64,000 nucleotides of DNA, from NCBI GenBank assembly GCA_963841015.1, contig CAWJAX010000003.1, positions 160,001 through 224,000 of the forward strand, written 5' to 3'. A model generated the notes under the pieces. It did no database searches. It saw only the letters and a program-made list of their open reading frames with translations, and had not been told where the DNA came from. This document shows, piece by piece, positions 21,447 through 30,010 of the stretch. Every line of letters starts with the position of its first letter. Within the stretch, counting starts at the first letter, position 1. The position numbers and the translations under genes are program-made. Source of the stretch: an uncultured Methanoregulaceae archaeon. Its GTDB lineage: Archaea > Halobacteriota > Methanomicrobia > Methanomicrobiales > Methanospirillaceae.

Positions 21447-21620
21447 TCACTCCACCATTATTGCTTCTGAGGGGCAGATGTCAACACAGGTCTGGCAGTC
21501 TACGCACAAGTCCTTGTCCACCTGAGCTTTTTCGTTCTCTAGTGCGATTGCTGATGCAGGACATTCATCCACGCAGGTTTCGCATCCGGTACATTTACTG
21601 GTGTCAACGATTGCAACCAA
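21447..21620 (-). CDS. 2x[4Fe-4S] ferredoxin (tandem paralog, probable TTG start)
   Basis: Two CxxCxxCxxxCP motifs; nearly identical to its neighbour. Confidence 0.9.
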   Translation of the reverse strand: MVAIVDTSKCTGCETCVDECPASAIALENEKAQVDKDLCVDCQTCVDICPSEAIMVE

Positions 21621-21888
21621 CTTTGTCACTCCATCGTATATGTTACACAAAAGATAAAAAATAGGTTTCGATAGTACCCTTCAAAAAAAACGAGATAATC
21701 GGCATTTTTTTGTTTTTTAAACCAGTGCTATATATGATTGGTTAAAAAATGATTCGTCTGGGCCGTATATCATCTTGACAAGTCATAACGAATAATTTTT
21801 AAAAATAACTAAGGGCCACCATAATCTGACACGGGATTATTTAAAAAAAATTGCTCTGGAGAAATGCTCAATAACAGCTAAACGCTCA

Positions 21889-22001
21889 AGGGGTTTCACC
21901 CCCGCCGCTGTGGCTCCCCCAATGCGATAACTCCCGAACAGGTTCTACGTTATCATCGCTAAGCGCAGGGGCGGCATGGGGGGACAGGCACTGTCCCCTC
22001 C
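21889..22001 (+). repeat. best-preserved copy of ~110-bp structured dispersed repeat (MITE/REP-like or ncRNA)
   Basis: GC-rich island in an AT-rich spacer; hairpins GGGG-TTTCA-CCCC and GGGGACAG-GCA-CTGTCCCC at the ends, inner pairings GCCGC/GCGGC and GATAAC/GTTATC. Confidence 0.75.
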
Positions 22002-22069
22002 TTCATTCTTACCAGCATCTTGAATTTCATATCAATGGAAAAGGAATTCTACAAAGCCAAAAAAAATAA

Positions 22070-22834
22070 TTATTTTCCCAGACTGAGCACATCGCTCATA
22101 CCATATATGCCAGGCTTTTTACCAACAACCCAGCGGGCGGCATGAAGTGCGCCGGTCGCAAAGACAGAACGGTCGTATGCCCGGTGGGAGAGTTCGATGG
22201 TCTCAAAATTCTTCGAGAACATAACCTTGTGGTCACCAACAATATCGCCGCCCCGTATGACATGGACACCAATCTCATTTGAGCGTTCCATCATTCCTTC
22301 ACGACCGTACATCTTTTTTCGGGACCCGACTTCATCATCTAGGATCTGCAGGATAGTTTTTGCAGTACCGCTCGGCGCATCTTTCTTGTTCCGGTGATGC
22401 GCTTCGATCACTTCAATATCGTAATCTTTCAGGAGCTTTCCTGCATCCCGCAGAAGCTGCCAGAAGATATTGACACCCAACGAGAAGTTACTTGAGATTA
22501 CCGCCGGTACATTGCCATGTATTGCTTTTTCCATCTCTGCCCGCTGTTCGTTGGTAAATCCGGTAGTACCAACGACAAGTGCTACCTTGTTGCGGGCCGC
22601 CATTTTTACATTTCCAACAGCGGCATGTGCTATCGTGAAATCAATAAGCACATCAGGCCTGGTTTTCTGTAAGAGGGATTCGGCATTTTTTGTTTCGACA
22701 ATATCAATTCCGAAAAACGAACCTGGTTTGAGGTCTATACCCCCAACCAGTTCAAGATCGGAAGATTCGTTGACCATGCGGCCGATTGTCTGACCCATGC
22801 GGCCGGAGGCGCCACATACAACCACCTTTATCAT
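22070..22834 (-). CDS. dapB: 4-hydroxy-tetrahydrodipicolinate reductase
   Basis: GASGRMG, DFT, GTTG, EAHHRNKKDAPSGTA. Confidence 0.96.
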   Translation of the reverse strand: MIKVVVCGASGRMGQTIGRMVNESSDLELVGGIDLKPGSFFGIDIVETKNAESLLQKTRPDVLIDFTIAHAAVGNVKMAARNKVALVVGTTGFTNEQRAEMEKAIHGNVPAVISSNFSLGVNIFWQLLRDAGKLLKDYDIEVIEAHHRNKKDAPSGTAKTILQILDDEVGSRKKMYGREGMMERSNEIGVHVIRGGDIVGDHKVMFSKNFETIELSHRAYDRSVFATGALHAARWVVGKKPGIYGMSDVLSLGK

Positions 22835-22842
22835 AATTCAGG

Positions 22843-23808
22843 TCACCGCGCCCGTTTTTTTGTTGAGGGTTTGGCCTTCCTGGTTATGGTTTTTTGTGGT
22901 TTCTTGGATACAGGGGATTTTGTCTGCCCTTTACCAGGGATTGTTGCAAGAATTTTCCTGAGCTGGTCGGTCTTCTTTTCGTCAAGATCATCAAGCGGAA
23001 GCCTGACGGGTCCACCTGCCATGCCAAGAAGCTCCACTGCCTTTTTAACGGGAATCGGGTTTGTGTCAATGAACATCGAGCGTAAGAGAGGCGCCAGCGC
23101 ATAGTGAAGGACAAGTGCTTTCTGGTAGTCTCCGTGCTTCATGGCCTCGCACATGGCGACCATACGTTTCGGATCTACATTTGCTGCAACCGAGATTACA
23201 CCAACACCTCCCAGTGCCATGATGGGGAGCGTGATATTATCGTCACCGGAAATCACGACAAAGTCCTCATCCTGTGTTTCTTCAATGATCCGGGATATCT
23301 GCCCGATGTTACCACTCGCTTCTTTGATTGCAACAATATTCGGGTGGCAGGCTAGTTCTGCGACCAGATCAGGTTCGAGATTCTGCCCGGTCCGTCCCGG
23401 GACATTATACATGACCACGGGAACGTCAAGATCGGCAAGTTTTGTGTAATGCTTGATGAGACCTGAACGGTTCGGCTTGTTATAATATGGACTAATAACA
23501 AGAACACCATCAGCGCCGATGTCCTTTGCAGCCTTCGTGAGCCTGACCGCTTCTGCCGTGTTGTTGGAACCTGAGCCGGCTACCACAGGTATCCTGCCGT
23601 TCACCTTATCGACAGTAATCTCAATGACTTTTTCATGCTCTTCGAACGTAAGTGTTGCAGATTCACCAGTAGATCCGCAGGGCACAATCCCGTGAATACC
23701 ACAGGAAAGGAGAAACCCGATGTTGCGCTCCAGACCCTGAACATCAAGGCCCATCGCTGGATTTCTTTTAAAAGGGGTTATGATTGCTGGAAGGACACCT
23801 TCGAACAT
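22843..23808 (-). CDS. dapA: 4-hydroxy-tetrahydrodipicolinate synthase
   Basis: GSTGES, PYYNKP, YNVPGRTG, IKEASG, TNPIPVK. Confidence 0.96.
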   Translation of the reverse strand: MFEGVLPAIITPFKRNPAMGLDVQGLERNIGFLLSCGIHGIVPCGSTGESATLTFEEHEKVIEITVDKVNGRIPVVAGSGSNNTAEAVRLTKAAKDIGADGVLVISPYYNKPNRSGLIKHYTKLADLDVPVVMYNVPGRTGQNLEPDLVAELACHPNIVAIKEASGNIGQISRIIEETQDEDFVVISGDDNITLPIMALGGVGVISVAANVDPKRMVAMCEAMKHGDYQKALVLHYALAPLLRSMFIDTNPIPVKKAVELLGMAGGPVRLPLDDLDEKKTDQLRKILATIPGKGQTKSPVSKKPQKTITRKAKPSTKKRAR

Positions 23809-23816
23809 GAATAAGG

Positions 23817-24008
23817 TTATGAGCGTCTCTTGGTATTTATTTTTCTCGTGATATACCCGGCGACGCGGTTCCGGACACGCTTACTCCCGATTACGGTTGA
23901 TTTTCCAAGCTGTTGCTTGTTTTCATCGAAACTGCCGGAAAAATAGTCCCGCTGCTTGGCCAGAAGTTCAGTACCGAGAGATTTGATGTATGACGGTTTG
24001 ATTCCCAT
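23817..24008 (-). CDS. rps17e: 30S ribosomal protein S17e
   Basis: IKPSYIK...FDENK...SKRVRNRVAGYITR. Confidence 0.95.
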   Translation of the reverse strand: MGIKPSYIKSLGTELLAKQRDYFSGSFDENKQQLGKSTVIGSKRVRNRVAGYITRKINTKRRS

Positions 24009-24018
24009 GTGCATTTCC

Positions 24019-24624
24019 TCAAAGTTCTATATTTATAATGCGGTTCGATATCATAATAATATTGTTCGATACGTCGACTGGATCTTCACCAAAAAGACGA
24101 ACAATCCCTTCTTTTCCCTTTCCTCCTGTATCATAGCATACATCGGGAACGCCCTGTTTGCAACAGGATGCAACCCCCCAGTCCATTGAACTGATCCCCG
24201 GGGGTTCTGCTGCGGGGTCAAATGACGTGCACTCAAGAAACAGACTGTCTATGACCTTGAGAATATTTCTGGAATAGCGCAGTGTCGCCACGCATTGCAT
24301 ATGAGGATCAAATTTCATGACAGTGAGCAGAATTCGCGCGATTTCCTCATCCGCACCAAAAGCGCAGGGACCGCCGGCAAGTATATTTCCGTGTTCCAGG
24401 ATTATCCCGCCCTTCACTGCGGCGACACCATTTTTGTCCCGTGCGCCGCTTATTGCATAGGCCAGCCGGACTCCGTTTTTTGGAATGAGCCGGACATCCA
24501 TGGATCGTTGGAGCAATGCGGTTGCCCCGGTAAGTTTTTCAAGCACCTCACTGCGTTCCCGGCCCGGATCTTTCATATTCATACCAATGATGGACAGGCC
24601 TGATAATAAACGTGTCTTCTGCAT
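24019..24624 (-). CDS. ThiN-family thiamine-phosphate synthase domain protein
   Basis: LIP..G...AYA, VAAVKG, FGA...IAR, PDVCYDTGGKGKE. Confidence 0.78.
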   Translation of the reverse strand: MQKTRLLSGLSIIGMNMKDPGRERSEVLEKLTGATALLQRSMDVRLIPKNGVRLAYAISGARDKNGVAAVKGGIILEHGNILAGGPCAFGADEEIARILLTVMKFDPHMQCVATLRYSRNILKVIDSLFLECTSFDPAAEPPGISSMDWGVASCCKQGVPDVCYDTGGKGKEGIVRLFGEDPVDVSNNIIMISNRIINIEL

Positions 24625-24684
24625 TCATGCACGGGACAACCCGTTCGGATATACATATATCCTTTTACGGCGAAGATTCCTGCA

Positions 24685-24861
24685 ATGGATGCACGACTCC
24701 TTGATGTAATCATTGGCTTGTCTGGTTTTCTCGTCCTGATTGTACTGCTTGCTGTACTTCCTATGGTGATGGTTGCCGGAATAGCCTACCTTACTGCTAT
24801 TGTGATCTTTATTCTCTTCCTTTCGGGCGCCGGATATCTGGTAAATGGGAAAATAGTATGA
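24685..24861 (+). CDS. 58-aa two-TM membrane protein missing from the ORF track
   Basis: Hand translation: MDARLLDVIIGLSGFLVLIVLLAVLPMVMVAGIAYLTAIVIFILFLSGAGYLVNGKIV*. Confidence 0.7.
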   Translation: MDARLLDVIIGLSGFLVLIVLLAVLPMVMVAGIAYLTAIVIFILFLSGAGYLVNGKIV

Positions 24862-24900
24862 ATGTGTGACCGGATTATTTTTGATGGGTGCACCGCTTAT

Positions 24901-25941
24901 CTATGTTTTGAGTAAATATTTCTTTTTCTGACGGTAATAATTCAATGGATGATTTACATTTTCACATAGTTTATCCCGGTTAACGCAGAGTCCGGTTGTC
25001 TTCATTGCAGCACATGCCGGCGCGGTGTATTCCGTACCTGATCCCCCTCGTCCGGTGATATGCTCTACCTGGTACATGGTTTTTTCCTGATCAAAATCCG
25101 GTGACCTTGCATACATACGGGCTATTCCTGTTACATCCATACCTATGGTATGAATAAACGTGGTGAGGGCGAAGCGGCCGGCATGGGTAAGGTTGGTCCC
25201 GGCAGTCAGCGCTAAAACCAGTGCCTGAATACAGGGAGGGAAAGCACTTTCGTTAATAGCACCGAACTGCTGAAGCATCTGCTCCTGATATACTTTTTTT
25301 ATCGATGCAACATGGGGAGCCAGTATTTCACAGACAGAAGAGGGTACTTTATGAGGAAGATCATAACGTATCAGAACGCGGATTCGTTCCCGTAACAATT
25401 CATATCGTTCCTCTTTTTTAATCTCAACAAAGCCCCCGGTGAGATGACGATTCACGAGCCTGAACCGATCTTCATGGAGGGGAGATACCAGCTCCACATA
25501 ATCGGTGAGAGGCATCCGGTCCTTGGTAATCTGGATTCCCAGTTCGGCTGCAAGAGCTATGCAAAGACGGGAATATCCAGAATCTTCCAGTTTATAATTC
25601 TGGTTCCACTCTTCTTCATTAACCAAAAAATAATACCCCCTTTCAGCCTCATACCGGGTCAGTCGGTCGATAAGCTGTTTGTCATGTACACAGGATACAA
25701 TAATCCTGGCAAGTGCATATGCGGCAATCTCATCATCAACTGAATCTGAAATCCCCGGGGCAAATATTTTTTTTGGGGACAGGGCATCCCTGATGCGTTC
25801 AATGGCGCGGGAGATTAATGCCTCTCCCCGGGGGTCTTTCAGGAGCGAATCGAGCGAGGAGAATCTTGCATTGATATGGTTCTGGGCTTTTTTTAAAAAG
25901 GGAAAATGGGAAAGTTCCTTTGCAGATGGCACAACATCCAT
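24901..25941 (-). CDS. priL: DNA primase large subunit
   Basis: FPFL, FPPCI, NLTHAGRF, SPDFD...T.YQVEHI, C...K..GLC...C....HPLNYY. Confidence 0.93.
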   Translation of the reverse strand: MDVVPSAKELSHFPFLKKAQNHINARFSSLDSLLKDPRGEALISRAIERIRDALSPKKIFAPGISDSVDDEIAAYALARIIVSCVHDKQLIDRLTRYEAERGYYFLVNEEEWNQNYKLEDSGYSRLCIALAAELGIQITKDRMPLTDYVELVSPLHEDRFRLVNRHLTGGFVEIKKEERYELLRERIRVLIRYDLPHKVPSSVCEILAPHVASIKKVYQEQMLQQFGAINESAFPPCIQALVLALTAGTNLTHAGRFALTTFIHTIGMDVTGIARMYARSPDFDQEKTMYQVEHITGRGGSGTEYTAPACAAMKTTGLCVNRDKLCENVNHPLNYYRQKKKYLLKT

Positions 25942-26684
25942 CAGTCAGCCTCTATCCGGGGTGCGAGGAGATACTCGACATGCCCGTTACCACCGGCAAT
26001 AATAAAGGAAAACCTGACCGGATGATCAATACCCAGATAAATTTCGATCTCTGCAGCTTTACTCATGACCTTACTCATATCTTTTAAATAATCAAGGGAA
26101 AAGAGCGATCGGGCCTCAAGAGGAGTGAGTGATTTCAGTTCGTCTTTGCCAAACTCGCGCCGGATTGTGTCAGTATCTCCCTCAGCAATAAGGTAAAACG
26201 TCTGATCCTTTGGGTTGATTCCAAGCGCTATTTTATCCGAGATCACTGCCGCTGCTTTCATGGCATTGTTGAAATCATCACCGGTAATGACAATTTTGCC
26301 CGGGAGGTTGATAGTTGGAGGATTGGGGTCCTTCCTGATTGTGTTTGTATCCAGGAGGGTGATGGAATAATGGTAGCCGTGGGCTGATACGGACATTTTC
26401 TGGGCGTTATCGGCGAGTTCAAGACTGATGAGATCGCCCTTACCTGCCATGCCGAAAATATTTTTCATCTTGGAAATGTCAATGCCCAGCTGGCTTTTTG
26501 TCGCTTTAAAAGAATCAAATGCTTCTTTTTTCAGTTCGATTCCGATCATTGCCACATTAGCCGTGTCAACCGCTCTTGTTGAGATTCCATTTTCATCTGT
26601 ATGCAGACGGCACTCAGGGACGAGAGCCGAAATTGCTTCGATAAATTCCCTGAAAATATCTGCCTCAATTGTTGCTTTTAACAT
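25941..26684 (-). CDS. pcn: DNA polymerase sliding clamp PCNA
   Basis: RAVDTANVAM, SLFSLDYL, YLLAPRIE. Confidence 0.96.
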   Translation of the reverse strand: MLKATIEADIFREFIEAISALVPECRLHTDENGISTRAVDTANVAMIGIELKKEAFDSFKATKSQLGIDISKMKNIFGMAGKGDLISLELADNAQKMSVSAHGYHYSITLLDTNTIRKDPNPPTINLPGKIVITGDDFNNAMKAAAVISDKIALGINPKDQTFYLIAEGDTDTIRREFGKDELKSLTPLEARSLFSLDYLKDMSKVMSKAAEIEIYLGIDHPVRFSFIIAGGNGHVEYLLAPRIEAD

Positions 26685-26932
26685 CGCTTTTCTCACTTCT
26701 CCTTTTTTACCGTCTTTTAAACAACCCTTGGTTATGCCTTTCCCCTCGGATAACAATTTTTAGGTCGAATAATTTACGGCTTAACCTTTCTACGTTACGT
26801 TATTTATTACTCCATAATAATTTAACTCTAGTCTTTTGGTTTTACTGCTGATTCATTTCCCGGGTGAACCCTTCTCCCGTTCAGGTTGTGTATTCCCGGT
26901 TGAAAAGGGGACATACGTTAAAAAAATCCTGG

Positions 26933-27142
26933 TTATATGAAGTAATAATAGCCCAAACCCGCTATGCAGACTACACAAAACATGATTACAAGAACAATAT
27001 TGATTGTGTGCTCCTTCCGGGACATTGCCGACCACTCACTTTTCTGTTTTTTCGCAATAAATCCGATGACAAGACCAATACCCGTTCCGGCCAGGATTCC
27101 GAATGCCACCATCATCAGGATCTCAAATGTATCCGCAGACAT
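26933..27142 (-). CDS. small two-TM membrane protein
   Basis: Two hydrophobic helices flanking KKQKSEWSAMSRKE. Confidence 0.7.
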   Translation of the reverse strand: MSADTFEILMMVAFGILAGTGIGLVIGFIAKKQKSEWSAMSRKEHTINIVLVIMFCVVCIAGLGYYYFI

Positions 27143-27710
27143 GCAGGTTCACTCCTCCCGGTTGCCAATTCATCTATATAAAACATCAGGTATCGCCCGA
27201 AAACCGGTATCTTTCTTTTTATAAACAAGGGATCGGGGATAATAATACCGATTTCACTATTCTCTCGGTAAATACCTGGCAATCTGGATAAAACCAGCTG
27301 AGTGTTTAACAGGAGCGGGTGCTGCTGCTCGTAACGTATCCGGAAGGGACAATGAGTCGGGGATGAGAGAGATGCTGGTCCGTGTTGTCTACCCTTGATC
27401 CGCCCGGATTGCAATATCAGTCCGGCAGCGAGTGTTCCTCTGCAGGGGTCATGTGTATGATTAAAAAGTCTTTTGGTTCTTAGGGGTCGACGGCGATTAT
27501 ATAGATCTCTGCACAAAGTCAGGTCTCATCCTTTCATAATCAGGTTTTTGCCCTCAAACATCTGCATGCCCACGAAAGGGAGCAGTAACTCTGTTCGATG
27601 AGGTCATAAAAAGGGTTCACCCCACAAACAGATACCTCCCCCAGGAAAGAACGATTCATGAATTCCCTATTTCATGATGATATCCAGCAAACCACCTTCA
27701 TTAATTATTT

Positions 27711-28379
27711 TTATGGTTCGTTCTGGATATCTGTGCTCTCTCCCGGCATCAGAACTTTTACTCTTATATTGGTTGTGCGCTCGATTGCATTCTTGAACTG
27801 GAGAGGATCTGCGATAATCTTGTCCCACGTGTTGTAGTGAATTGGTATAACTGTTTTGGCACCAATAAAGTTCGCTGCCATCATCGCTTCTGCGGCACCC
27901 ATCGTGTAACGTCCGCCGATGGGGAGCAATGCGACATCGGGATGATAGAGTTCTCCAATCAGCTTCATATCGGAAAATAGTGCTGTATCACCGGCGTGGT
28001 ATATCTTCACTCCGTCCATCCCGATTACGAAACCTGCCGCAGTACCGCCATAGCAGCCGATACCAGCTTCCTCTATCCACGAGGAATGTACGGCAGGAGT
28101 CATCGTAAATGAAACATCGTCAACAATTGCGGTTCCCCCGATATTCATACCTTCAACAGTCAAACCCTTTGTCTTGAGGTACTTTGCGATCTCGGTGATA
28201 GCTATGGTTTTTTTACCGAGTGCTACTGTTTCACCCATATGATCTTCGTGCCCGTGAGTAACGGCAACAATATCCGGGTGAGTGTCAAGAGTGCTACCAC
28301 CCTCAACAAAGGGATCGATAAGGATCTTTTTTGATCCGGAAAGAAGTACACATGCATGCCCGAGCCAGGTAAGTTGCAT
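27711..28379 (-). CDS. metallo-beta-lactamase-fold hydrolase (UPF0173)
   Basis: WLGHA, IDPF, THGHEDH, YHAGDT, IPIHYNT. Confidence 0.9.
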   Translation of the reverse strand: MQLTWLGHACVLLSGSKKILIDPFVEGGSTLDTHPDIVAVTHGHEDHMGETVALGKKTIAITEIAKYLKTKGLTVEGMNIGGTAIVDDVSFTMTPAVHSSWIEEAGIGCYGGTAAGFVIGMDGVKIYHAGDTALFSDMKLIGELYHPDVALLPIGGRYTMGAAEAMMAANFIGAKTVIPIHYNTWDKIIADPLQFKNAIERTTNIRVKVLMPGESTDIQNEP

Positions 28380-28492
28380 ATATGCAGATATCCTTCTGCT
28401 GACATGAAATTTACCCTCCTGATGCCGGTTTCTGTAGCGTGGAAGGCAGGTTCACTAAAAAAATGAGTCAGATGTACATAAGGGGTAATCCC

Positions 28493-29101
28493 TTACATTA
28501 CATCAACCAGTTCAGCTTCTGTGATGTCGATGGAATCCCCAAGACTATCCGCAGTTGCACTTCGGGTCATCTGCTCGGATAAATCCCTGTCTTCCATTAC
28601 GTCCCGGACCCTGTTGATATAAGGGTCAATAGTGGGATCTTCCTTCTCCTCAATCACGTGCCGGTATTCGCGGAGTGTCGAAGGACTGATACCAAGTTCC
28701 TCTGAAACCTCTTTCATGGTCTTACCGGACTCGATCAGTTTTTCCATCTTCACCTTATCAAAAGGCATCTTGAAATCAAGTTCACGGAAGAGCTTGAGCC
28801 TGACGCGTGCACGTGCAACGGTCTTGCTGAGTTTCTCATCACCGAGCTGGCGGGCAATTTCAGTGTCATTCTTACCCGCGTAAAACAAGGTGACAAGTTT
28901 TGCAAGCTGGATCGGTTTTAAGGAGGTTTTGAAAATTCCCTGTTCCGTGATCTCTCTCATTACGAGAGCCACTTCACGTTCGATCGCGTCACTGTCTCTC
29001 AAAGTACCATGAATATTCTTCATCGGCTCGACAATCTTCGTCTTACCGGAGAGGGTACTGAATAGTTTTAGAAGCTGTACCTTGCGTTTGTCTTCGGTCA
29101 T
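28493..29101 (-). CDS. double-HTH protein resembling haloarchaeal 'conditioned medium-induced protein 4'
   Basis: FYAGKNDTEIARQL...TVARARVRL and EVSEELGISPSTLREYR HTH-like segments, acidic tail; family recalled, not searched. Confidence 0.6.
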   Translation of the reverse strand: MTEDKRKVQLLKLFSTLSGKTKIVEPMKNIHGTLRDSDAIEREVALVMREITEQGIFKTSLKPIQLAKLVTLFYAGKNDTEIARQLGDEKLSKTVARARVRLKLFRELDFKMPFDKVKMEKLIESGKTMKEVSEELGISPSTLREYRHVIEEKEDPTIDPYINRVRDVMEDRDLSEQMTRSATADSLGDSIDITEAELVDVM

Positions 29102-29654
29102 TGCATACCCCGTCATGGGATTAGGATATACAATACTTCGCCTTCTATTTAATGTTATCTTTAAGGATTGTTTGACCAAAAGACCTTTAAATGATGCAGG
29201 ATCAAATCTGCTGCGGGGTAATTCGTACTATAAAAACGTTTTACAAACTATTGAAGCAGATCTGACGACGGTCCGTTAAGACATGTGATCTCATTATTTT
29301 TAATAAATTCAGCTAATATTTTCCTGATAAGGCGATAGGGTCCTTTTTCGTATGCTGTCAGACTGATAATATGATAATTGTTGTCCGCAGGATCTGGTTC
29401 CTCCTTATACTCTTTCACGGAATACGACGGATTTTGGCTTAGAACTGCATTTAAGATTCGGGATTTTAGCTGTCTGTCGTTTTTCACCCGGAATACAAAA
29501 TCAGCTCATAAATACACCTCTGGGTAATTATCTGATTCTGAAACAATAATTCTATCCTTTCTATTAAAGAGTGCATTTTTTTATTTATTTTATCGAATCT
29601 TTAACATTCCATTTTTTTAATAAAATAAAAGGATGAGTAATCTGAATTGGCATG

Positions 29655-29767
29655 AACAATGCCCGGACCCATCACCTCTCAGCGATCACGCAGCGATTAT
29701 GACGGACTACTTTTCCAGGATGTATCCAATGGGGATGGAGCACAAAGCGGCAGGTGTCAGAGTCCCG
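29655..29767 (-). repeat. copy of ~110-bp dispersed intergenic repeat
   Basis: AGCGATtATgACG...GGAtgTATCcaATGGGG..GGAGCACAAAGCGGCAGG aligns with the reverse complement of 21889-22001. Confidence 0.7.
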
Positions 29768-30010
29768 TTAATATCTCAATTTCTTTGATATTTTTCTCCC
29801 AAGATTTTTCTTTATCAGAGCAGATTCCCCTTGGCAGGAAAAAAACAGTTCCAAGAATTTTTGTATTATTCTGATATTACCTCAAGATGCAGGGATACAG
29901 GCTATACGCAATGACAGGTCATCAGGGTTTCTCACCTCTTTTAACGAGAGTTATAATATCCGCGAGGGATAATTCAAATACACAATTTAAAAAAAAAGAA
30001 GGGGTAACCA

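Noticed and set aside
27115-27516. 133-aa minus-strand ORF
   Set aside because: GTG start, no motifs, overlaps the neighbouring gene; probably non-coding
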